Positions 8,414-15,802 of a stretch of 32,000 nt of DNA are shown here, in pieces. This DNA is from Cuniculiplasma divulgatum (GTDB lineage Archaea > Thermoplasmatota > Thermoplasmata > Thermoplasmatales > Thermoplasmataceae): NCBI RefSeq assembly GCF_900083515.1, contig NZ_LT671858.1, positions 1,906,700 to 1,938,699 on the forward strand. The letters run 5' to 3'. The notes under the pieces were generated by a model, which was not told where the DNA came from, did not search any database, and worked only from the letters and a program-made list of their open reading frames with translations. Position 1 is the stretch's first letter. Each line of letters begins with the position of its first letter. Both the position numbers and the translations under genes were made by a program.

Positions 8414-9571
8414 CTACTTTAAATCCATTTCTTGATCAATGGTTCCTTTCCCTGGTCTTCCTTTTTCATAGGTAGAAAGTAGCAGAAAGCCAAGAGCAAC
8501 CACTACACATATCAGTATAAACTGAAGTGATTCGGTCTCATTAACTATAAATAGTGCAGAGAAAAACGCACTTCCTATAAATCCAGAAATTGCCTTTCCT
8601 GTGTAGAATACTCCATTATTTGAGGTTGAGAACTTTGTTCCGAAAATATCCCCTATCAAGGACATATACTGGGAAATCATTGACCCTCCAAAGAATCCAA
8701 TAAGTACTATAGATTCAAGCAGATAGCCATTGAGAAGAAGCAATGACCCTATTATTAGGAAAATGTCGATTATTGAAACCATCCTGATCCTTCCAATTCG
8801 ATCTGAAAAGAAGCCAAGAATTGGCCTGCTAATTCCACTGAGTAGGGGAAATAGAGACACAAGAATTGTAAATTCTAAAATAGGTATCCTCTTACCCAGA
8901 ATTCCAAGGGAAGAGGATATTACTATAAGTGGCACAGCCCCAAGTACAAATGAGACATATAAAATCCAGAATCTCCTGTTTCTTAGGTTTCTTGATGGCC
9001 TATCCCCTGTTACCTGTTTTTCTGGGTACCTTACCTTACTGAGAAGTATGGGAAATAGGATAAGTTCCGTAAGACCAATTATGAGCATGGGCTCCCTGAA
9101 ACTGGTTGCTTTCAGGAGGAATATATTGGCCACAGCTGCCCCAAGCCCAAATCCAAATGAGACAAAACCAACAGCAAGACCCCGGTTTTCCTTAAACCAT
9201 TTTACCGCAAGGTTCGTTGCAATACCATATAGAATGCCCTCACCTATGCTTCCAAGAGACCAGAATATATAAAACATTGTTAGATTGCCGCTTACTGAAG
9301 TTCCAAGGAAACCAGCAGCCGATAGAATTGATGAAATTATGCCGATGTTTCTCGGGCCGTTCTTATCCGCAAAATAACCACCAACTCCCTGAAATCCTGT
9401 AGAAAATATTGCGAAAAGAGAAAATCCAACCTGTACCTGTATAAGAGTGACTCCAAGTCCTGTTTTTAGTAGTGGTTCAAAAACATTCCAGGAATACTGG
9501 TATAAGGAATTCATTGACATTATTAGAATTCCGATTACCAGGAACCCTTTTTTCATTTTCTTCAATTTCAA
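8414..9571 (-). CDS. MFS transporter (oxalate/formate antiporter-like)
   Basis: About 12 hydrophobic segments, with a GGYFADKNGPR loop (MFS motif A-like, G-x3-D-[RK]-x-G-R). The track start is TTG 9571. An in-frame ATG at 9556 (MKKGFLV...) is equally plausible. Confidence 0.75.
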   Translation of the reverse strand: MKLKKMKKGFLVIGILIMSMNSLYQYSWNVFEPLLKTGLGVTLIQVQVGFSLFAIFSTGFQGVGGYFADKNGPRNIGIISSILSAAGFLGTSVSGNLTMFYIFWSLGSIGEGILYGIATNLAVKWFKENRGLAVGFVSFGFGLGAAVANIFLLKATSFREPMLIIGLTELILFPILLSKVRYPEKQVTGDRPSRNLRNRRFWILYVSFVLGAVPLIVISSSLGILGKRIPILEFTILVSLFPLLSGISRPILGFFSDRIGRIRMVSIIDIFLIIGSLLLLNGYLLESIVLIGFFGGSMISQYMSLIGDIFGTKFSTSNNGVFYTGKAISGFIGSAFFSALFIVNETESLQFILICVVVALGFLLLSTYEKGRPGKGTIDQEMDLK

Positions 9572-9638
9572 ATTTATTAATAAAATTTAAGGGGTTTCTA
9601 ATAGAATTGAAGAGACTATTTGGATAGTTTAAAATAAT

Positions 9639-10613
9639 GTGGCAAAATTTAAAATCATGAATGACCGCAACTCTATGTTTTTGTATATGGCGCAGCTTCT
9701 ACACGAGGGAGATTATAATTCGGGAATATCCTGGAGACAGTTTATAATGGCCTATGAATTTGTAAGTGATGAGAATTCAGCGGATGTGATATCTGATCTA
9801 AAGAAGCATAATAAATTGGAGGATTTTAGTGAAAATGATTCGTTTATTTACTTTCCATCTTCAGACGTTGAAATAAAAGATGAAGATCTTAAAGTGCTTC
9901 TTTCAAAGATTGCAAACCTCCATCCTGCTATTGATATTTCAATGGCCTTTAGGCTTGAACCATCCCTTGTTGATCTAATTTTGTCCTCGAATTTGTATTC
10001 TGGCGATTCTAACTGGGATGATCTGAATAGGGCACTTATTCCAATAATTCTATCTCCTCGCTTCTTAAATGATAGAAGGACTCAAATTTTTATTGACGAG
10101 CTCTTAAGAAACAGCAAAGAGAATTTTAATTTTAAGAAATATGAGACTAAGAGGTGGTTCATAGAACTTGCATTCATGATTAAGCGTGGTCTCTATGGTA
10201 ATGGTGGTTATTCATATGTTTCAGGTATAAGCGACGCGAGAAGGACTGCCCTGATTAATGGGTCATATGATTTACTGGTTTCTGGAGGGCTGTATGAACT
10301 GATACTGAGGTTCAGATCGATAGTAACTGAAAGTGAATTCGGTTATAGAATGAAGAAATTCCAAAAGCTTGAGAAAATATCTACAAGGATTTCCCACATT
10401 TATTCTTATCTTTCCATAGGAAACGATATTCTAATTGGAATCGAATTCCTTCTTGGAAGTTTTGAATTTCTTCCAAGGACCATATTTCCCTCGGCCAATG
10501 AGGTGATCGGTGTGTATCTTTTCATAGCAGGTAGTGCAGAATTATTAATTCGTCCCATGATTGAAATAACAAGAAGAATACATCTGAGGATAATTAATGG
10601 ATCTGATTTATGA
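9639..10613 (+). CDS. hypothetical protein, soluble N-terminal region plus C-terminal two-helix membrane hairpin
   Basis: Long ORF with no recognisable catalytic motif. The C-terminus (ILIGIEFLLGSFEFL ... VIGVYLFIAGSAELLIRPMI) forms two hydrophobic helices. The start is GTG 9639 or ATG 9657. ATG 9657 sits about 24 nt downstream of TTTAAAATAAT (9628-9638). Confidence 0.6.
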   Translation: MAKFKIMNDRNSMFLYMAQLLHEGDYNSGISWRQFIMAYEFVSDENSADVISDLKKHNKLEDFSENDSFIYFPSSDVEIKDEDLKVLLSKIANLHPAIDISMAFRLEPSLVDLILSSNLYSGDSNWDDLNRALIPIILSPRFLNDRRTQIFIDELLRNSKENFNFKKYETKRWFIELAFMIKRGLYGNGGYSYVSGISDARRTALINGSYDLLVSGGLYELILRFRSIVTESEFGYRMKKFQKLEKISTRISHIYSYLSIGNDILIGIEFLLGSFEFLPRTIFPSANEVIGVYLFIAGSAELLIRPMIEITRRIHLRIINGSDL

Positions 10614-11489
10614 TTTATCAGCGTGTATTTCAGTGTATTTATTCCCATTGACCTTAAATGCTGAAATCTTTATGAAATAATCCTGTTTAAGAAAACCTCT
10701 TTTTACTCTTATTGTTCCATCTCCTGCTATGGATTTATCACTGGTGATAATCTTAAGGAAGTTATCAGAATGCTCCTCTGGAACAAAATAATAGACCCTC
10801 ATCCATGCGCTTTTATATTTCTTCAATAGTTTTGGTCCATAATTTTCCAGAACCTTCCTGGCATTTTCAATTCCCCTCCTGAAATTTTGATCTGTCATTC
10901 CGGTGTTTGAAAATTCCCCTATAAAGTAAGGCAATCCCTCAACGTCAAACCCTATCAACCTTAGTTCCTGGGTGTTTGGCAATGTGTGTCTGGTTCTTAT
11001 TGCTCCAACCTCCTTGATCCTGTATACCAGCCAGTTCGCACTCCTTAGCTCAAAATTCTTTCCTTCGGGATCGTCATATTTCTTAACAAATACGTCATGA
11101 AGGTGCTTCAGGAGTTCGTCGCTCATCCCATCATAAAAATTAACACCTGTACCCTTCGGCAGGGGCTCCTTAAAATGTTCACAGGCTGCTTCAACCACGA
11201 TTCTGTGTATCTTCTCCTTCTGCAGATCCACTATGTACTCCTTCCTTGAGAAAGATTCATTCTTTTCATCCTTTTTTGGAACTGCATTGTCTCTCTCTTC
11301 TACCTTCACTTCCTTTTCATTAAGCTCTTTTATCCATGCTTTCCTTTTCTCTTCTGTCGAATTTTCTGTAATATATTTTATGAGATCCGCCTTCTTATAG
11401 GTTCTAGGAATTGTTTTGAGCCCAGATTTTTTGGCAATTGACTTTAGTTCAGCAAAGGATAGTTTCTCAATTGGATTTTGCTCTTTCAT
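10608..11489 (-). CDS. hypothetical protein with N-terminal SAP/Rho-N-like helix-extended-helix motif
   Basis: LSFAELKSIAKKSGLKTIPRTYKKADLIKYI resembles Rho_N/SAP-type nucleic-acid-binding modules. This is followed by a Lys/Glu-rich linker and an unassigned ~200-aa domain. The 3' end overlaps the convergent gene by 6 nt. Confidence 0.6.
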   Translation of the reverse strand: MKEQNPIEKLSFAELKSIAKKSGLKTIPRTYKKADLIKYITENSTEEKRKAWIKELNEKEVKVEERDNAVPKKDEKNESFSRKEYIVDLQKEKIHRIVVEAACEHFKEPLPKGTGVNFYDGMSDELLKHLHDVFVKKYDDPEGKNFELRSANWLVYRIKEVGAIRTRHTLPNTQELRLIGFDVEGLPYFIGEFSNTGMTDQNFRRGIENARKVLENYGPKLLKKYKSAWMRVYYFVPEEHSDNFLKIITSDKSIAGDGTIRVKRGFLKQDYFIKISAFKVNGNKYTEIHADKS

Positions 11490-11551
11490 GATTTCCTATG
11501 GTTGTTATGATTATAAATTTTTCATAGCTCACATAAAGAGTTGAAGGGTCA

Positions 11552-12583
11552 TCACATTTTTTCCTCAACTTTTTTGGTTGCCTCAACCATATTTAGAAGT
11601 TTTTCAAATCCTACTTCCCTTGATCTTGTCCTCAATCCGCAATCTGGATTTATCCTCACGAGTTTCGGATCCTGAAGGATATCTAGTGCATAATTAATCC
11701 TGTTCTCAATCAATTCAGGGGATTCAATGGTGTCAATGTGCACGTCTGTTACTCCAAGGCCTATAAATCTCTTTTCCTGAAGTGTGTCATTAATTTCCCT
11801 GAAATATCTCAGGTCTTCATAACCCTCTCTGATCTTTTTGTTGACTGAAAGTGAGTCTCTGTTAGCATATTCCAGATTATATCCGTGAAATCCCATTTCA
11901 GGAATTCTGTCATAAAGGATTCTGTAATCTTTGCTGTAGCACACATGGATCGTGAATTCAATATTCCTGAATTTTTCAATTGATGCATTCATTGAATCAA
12001 CCACAATATCCATTTCTGCGGGATGAGTTGTTGTTGCAGGTTCATCTATCTGTATTTCCAGCTTTTCCTTCCTGCCTGATTTGTTCCATGCTTTTTGAAG
12101 TGTTTCTATTTCCTCGTGAATGAGTTCTGCAAATCTCATGGCCAGTTCCCTCCTGCCTTTATAATGCTCATTGAATGACCAGTCCATCATCGTATAAGCA
12201 CCTGTGATTGGAACCTTCAGTGGTTTCACTGTGGTCCTGAGTAAATATTCCAACTCTTCCAGATGAAATGGTTTTTTCCTCTCTGGAATCCCCATCACAC
12301 TTCCCTTCTTGTAATACCTGTTATCAAATGATCTGACCAGACCGTAAAATTCAATGTTTGAAACCCTTTTAGCAAAATGTTCATACATTTCCCATCTGTA
12401 CATTTCTCCACCGACTCCTACATTGTGAAGACCAGCTTTCTTGAATGTTTCAAGTGTTTCATCTGTTGCTTTCTGACAGAGTATGCTGTATTCATCGGTT
12501 TCTTCTATACTGTGAAATTTCCTGCTCAGGTATTCTGGTTTCCTGAAGCTTCCTATTTCCTGTGTTATAAGTTTCTCTGACAT
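11552..12583 (-). CDS. metE: cobalamin-independent methionine synthase, catalytic (MetE C-terminal-type) domain protein
   Basis: Zinc-ligand motifs are in the right order: IHVCYS (His-x-Cys), a downstream Glu, and NPDCGLRTR. The size (343 aa) matches archaeal stand-alone MetE-C proteins. Abuts the next gene with no gap. Confidence 0.8.
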   Translation of the reverse strand: MSEKLITQEIGSFRKPEYLSRKFHSIEETDEYSILCQKATDETLETFKKAGLHNVGVGGEMYRWEMYEHFAKRVSNIEFYGLVRSFDNRYYKKGSVMGIPERKKPFHLEELEYLLRTTVKPLKVPITGAYTMMDWSFNEHYKGRRELAMRFAELIHEEIETLQKAWNKSGRKEKLEIQIDEPATTTHPAEMDIVVDSMNASIEKFRNIEFTIHVCYSKDYRILYDRIPEMGFHGYNLEYANRDSLSVNKKIREGYEDLRYFREINDTLQEKRFIGLGVTDVHIDTIESPELIENRINYALDILQDPKLVRINPDCGLRTRSREVGFEKLLNMVEATKKVEEKM

Positions 12584-13483
12584 CTAATTAACCTCCTGAA
12601 GTATCTTTACCTTCCTATCTGCTATTGTTCTTGGAAGGAAATCCATGTAATCATTATGCGTTAATATCAGATCTTTAAAGTTGAATTCCTTCTGGACTTC
12701 CTCCAGCATTTTTTCTATATCTCCCCCATTTTCTATTTTTGTATTATGTGCATCAAGAACCCCTAAACCTGGTATTCTGGAGTGATCCCCAGCCACGTTC
12801 AAATTCTCTTTCCTGCTGACAACAATAGAATCAAATTTGAAGCTGATCCCATCAAAATACTCAGATTTTATCACTTCTGGTGACAAAAGGATTATTTCAT
12901 GAGTTGAGCATATTTTTTTCATGGATGAAACATCGTCTTTATCAATTTGCGGGGCAAATATTAGAATTTTCCTTGAACCCATCCTATCGGCTATTTTGCC
13001 ATATATTTCAAGCAGGTTTTCTGAAAAATCCTGAATAGAATATTTGCTTTCGTTTGATGACATTCGGTACATGGCTACAGGTGACGGAAAAATTGGTAAA
13101 ATTTTTCTATTACCTCCATAAAAAATTGGGAAAGGAGGATTCTCTTCAAATTCCTGATCTGTGAAAATGTCAATCTTAAGTTCTCCTTTTCCCTCAATTA
13201 AAGGTTCCCTGTAAAATGTATTGGTCTCGCCATACCTTCTAAGTGGACCTAACTTTATTCCATTTACAGATAGAGCTACTGGTCTGAAAATATCATGCCA
13301 GTTGAAAAGTGGATCTGTTACAAGATTGATTTCATCTGTCAATCTATAAAATATATCCTTTTCCTCCTTGATTATGTCTTTCAACTTTTCAGTAGAAAGT
13401 GATCCTCTTTCATGTCTTCCATAATCGAGCCTTAGCCTGTCACTTCTTGGGTAAATTCCATATACCAGTGTTTTAACATTCAT
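12584..13483 (-). CDS. MetE N-terminal-domain-like protein (non-catalytic half of split methionine synthase)
   Basis: VYGIYPRSDRLRLDYGRHERG...EKLKD resembles the start of MetE-type (beta/alpha)8 barrels but lacks the His/Cys zinc ligands. Zero-gap junctions with the genes on both sides. Confidence 0.6.
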   Translation of the reverse strand: MNVKTLVYGIYPRSDRLRLDYGRHERGSLSTEKLKDIIKEEKDIFYRLTDEINLVTDPLFNWHDIFRPVALSVNGIKLGPLRRYGETNTFYREPLIEGKGELKIDIFTDQEFEENPPFPIFYGGNRKILPIFPSPVAMYRMSSNESKYSIQDFSENLLEIYGKIADRMGSRKILIFAPQIDKDDVSSMKKICSTHEIILLSPEVIKSEYFDGISFKFDSIVVSRKENLNVAGDHSRIPGLGVLDAHNTKIENGGDIEKMLEEVQKEFNFKDLILTHNDYMDFLPRTIADRKVKILQEVN

Positions 13484-14296
13484 TTATAAAACCTCCATTA
13501 TTTCTTTTGCAATTTCATTATTTCCAATAGGCATAATATGAACTCCATCAATATATCCTTTCATATCGCTCACAAGATTGTCTATTAGTTTCAGAGATGT
13601 GTCTCTCAGATTTTCAGAGTTAGCAATTATTGACTTTAAGCCTTCTGGAAGTAACACACCCATTTTTGATAGGGATTCTATGTTGCTTTTCTTCAGGATC
13701 GGCATAAAACCCAGAAATAGCTTGAATTTTCTCTGTCTTATCCATTTCTTTTTGAAAGGCTCACTGTTGTAACACATCTGGCTTATGAATAGTGTGGCCC
13801 CAGACTCAATCTTGGATCTTACTATTTCTTCCTCTGAATTTCTGTATGGATTTAGTGCTGCTCCTATTATTGCTTCCTTATCCCTCTCCTGCTCCCTGGA
13901 AAATTTTCTGATATGCCTTATTGTTTCGTTTGTATCCATTTCTCTTACTTCTCTCCCAAAATTACCTGATATTGGGTCACCTCCTATCACAAAGAAATGG
14001 TTGATGCCGAGTTTCTCTGATGTTAGAATCTGGGATGAAATATAGAGAGTATTTTTGTCTCTTGGAGTAACATGAGGCATGGCGATCACATTTGTACCAT
14101 GCGTCATTATATAAAGAGCCATAAGTGGATCGATTCCGGGCCTTCCCATCTGGTTTTCTGGAGCGGTAACCATGTCAGCAATGTCTGAAAAGATTTCTCT
14201 TGCTGCCAGCAGATCATCTATGTTTTCGTTCCTTTTTGGAACTATTTCAACTGATTTCAGGATTTTCTGTTTGCTCTGGAAATTTGAAATCTGCAC
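13484..14296 (-). CDS. metF: methylenetetrahydrofolate reductase (MetF)-like protein
   Basis: Short 270-aa MTHFR-like barrel (SVEIVPKR..., HVTPRD, HFFVIGGDP, GAALNPY, FISQMCYN). GTG start. First gene of the metF-metE(N)-metE(C) string. Confidence 0.65.
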   Translation of the reverse strand: MQISNFQSKQKILKSVEIVPKRNENIDDLLAAREIFSDIADMVTAPENQMGRPGIDPLMALYIMTHGTNVIAMPHVTPRDKNTLYISSQILTSEKLGINHFFVIGGDPISGNFGREVREMDTNETIRHIRKFSREQERDKEAIIGAALNPYRNSEEEIVRSKIESGATLFISQMCYNSEPFKKKWIRQRKFKLFLGFMPILKKSNIESLSKMGVLLPEGLKSIIANSENLRDTSLKLIDNLVSDMKGYIDGVHIMPIGNNEIAKEIMEVL

Positions 14297-14492
14297 TTCT
14301 TCGCATAATTACTTTGTATTAAGTTTTTAAATTCTAAAAAATTAGTGTGAGTAATTTTACCTTTCAAATTATTCATAAATACTGTTAAGTAAGAAACCGA
14401 TAGATTTTACCAGATACATAGCAACATTCTGAGAATAAAGCCGAAAATAAAGTTGAAATTCATCTGTTAATGGTGTATCTACCGAATAAAAA

Positions 14493-15059
14493 TCAAAGAT
14501 ATGATTTGAAAATAAGATCACTCAAACTTGATATAACCTTGCTTGCTACTTCCACGGAACATACAAGAATGATTTCAAGATCAAACCTGTATATCTTTTC
14601 AATTAAAATCTGTTGCATGCTAAGAAATTCTACCACAAAAAGAGTTATCCCGGGTGCTTTCTTTGCTTCCGGAGGCAGGGTTATTCTTATACACGCAAGA
14701 TTTCCCTCGGGATCGTTTCTGACCAGAAACTTGTAACCTTCCTGAGTTTTATATACGAGGAATACGTCCTCCCTATCTGGATCAAATTCCTTTCCCTCTT
14801 TTTCCGCAAATTTGAATTCCACGTCAAGATTTGATTTTTTTAGATAATTAATCTGATAATCCTCCTTCTCGCCTGGTGTTATGGATGTAATGTATTTTAC
14901 AAGTGTGTTGAGTTTTACCTCTTTCCCAGTCATAGACTCCACCTGCTTCTTTATTTTTCTTGCGAGGCTGGTGTAATTCACAATGCCACTCTTAATCATG
15001 AGTGAATACATTGGATTGTTTTCGATTATCAGATCTGTTGCGTTGTTTACTCCTTTCAT
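14493..15059 (-). CDS. ACT-like domain protein (possible small-molecule-binding regulator)
   Basis: The C-terminal block LACIRITLPPEAKKAPGITLFVVEFLSMQQILIEKIYRFDLEIILVCSVEVASKVISSL matches the ACT_7-type pattern: a beta strand, a PGI motif, an amphipathic helix and a strand. The N-terminal half is unassigned. Confidence 0.45.
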   Translation of the reverse strand: MKGVNNATDLIIENNPMYSLMIKSGIVNYTSLARKIKKQVESMTGKEVKLNTLVKYITSITPGEKEDYQINYLKKSNLDVEFKFAEKEGKEFDPDREDVFLVYKTQEGYKFLVRNDPEGNLACIRITLPPEAKKAPGITLFVVEFLSMQQILIEKIYRFDLEIILVCSVEVASKVISSLSDLIFKSYL

Positions 15060-15155
15060 GTTCCCTGATGTTATATGGAAATAAAATCATATCTGTGAAT
15101 AAGTAAAAAATTTATGGAATTGTGATAAACTTTTAGAATGCGTATTAATATTGCT

Positions 15156-15716
15156 CTAAATCTTTAGTTTCTCAATGATTGTGCTTGCTTCTGTTCTCGT
15201 TATCTCGTCCAGAGACTTCTTTCCTATTGATTTCAGGTACTCTGTTACTATTTTCTGATCTTTCTCTGATTTCTGAAGGCTCTTAATGTAGTTTATCTGC
15301 TTTGGTGTCGCCTGGAAATCTGTCTGTGCCCTGGTTCTCTGGGGGTCTCCTTTCTTTTCCATTAGCCCATCTATTAGTAGAGATGCTTCTTTCACGTTCA
15401 ACTCATCCACACTTTTCTTTCCTGCCTTCTCGAGATACTTTCTTGTATATGCAATTCTCTCCTCACTATCCTGTAAGTTTGAAATGAAGGACTTCTGCTT
15501 TTTCGTGGGACCGGTACTTCCAGTTGAACTAGCAGCCTCGCCCTTTATCTTCTGCAGTTCATCTATGAGTCTAGATGCTTCCTGTACACTCAGTTCAGAT
15601 ATCTCTCCCTTCCCAAGATTTTTTATAAATTTTTCTGAAGCTTCCAGTCTTTCTGAGGATTCCTCCATAAGTTTATTCAAAAAATTCTTCTGGCTTCTCG
15701 TTAATTCTCCACTCAA
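15156..15716 (-). CDS. hypothetical protein composed of three tandem ~65-aa repeats
   Basis: Residues 5-59, 70-123 and 136-186 align as T-x-K-Q-x-x-F/Y-I-x-x-L-Q-x-S-E ... Y-L-K-x-x-G-K-K-S-x-D-E-L-x-x-x-E-A-S-x-L-I-D-x-L. The repeats are joined by Ser/Thr/Gly or Gln/Arg linkers. Confidence 0.7.
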   Translation of the reverse strand: MSGELTRSQKNFLNKLMEESSERLEASEKFIKNLGKGEISELSVQEASRLIDELQKIKGEAASSTGSTGPTKKQKSFISNLQDSEERIAYTRKYLEKAGKKSVDELNVKEASLLIDGLMEKKGDPQRTRAQTDFQATPKQINYIKSLQKSEKDQKIVTEYLKSIGKKSLDEITRTEASTIIEKLKI

Positions 15717-15802
15717 AGTTCACACCCTTAACTTCATGTTTATGTTCTTTATAATTCTCCCCATTCATTTTGCACTATTGAAATGAAAATAATGAAATTA
15801 TT

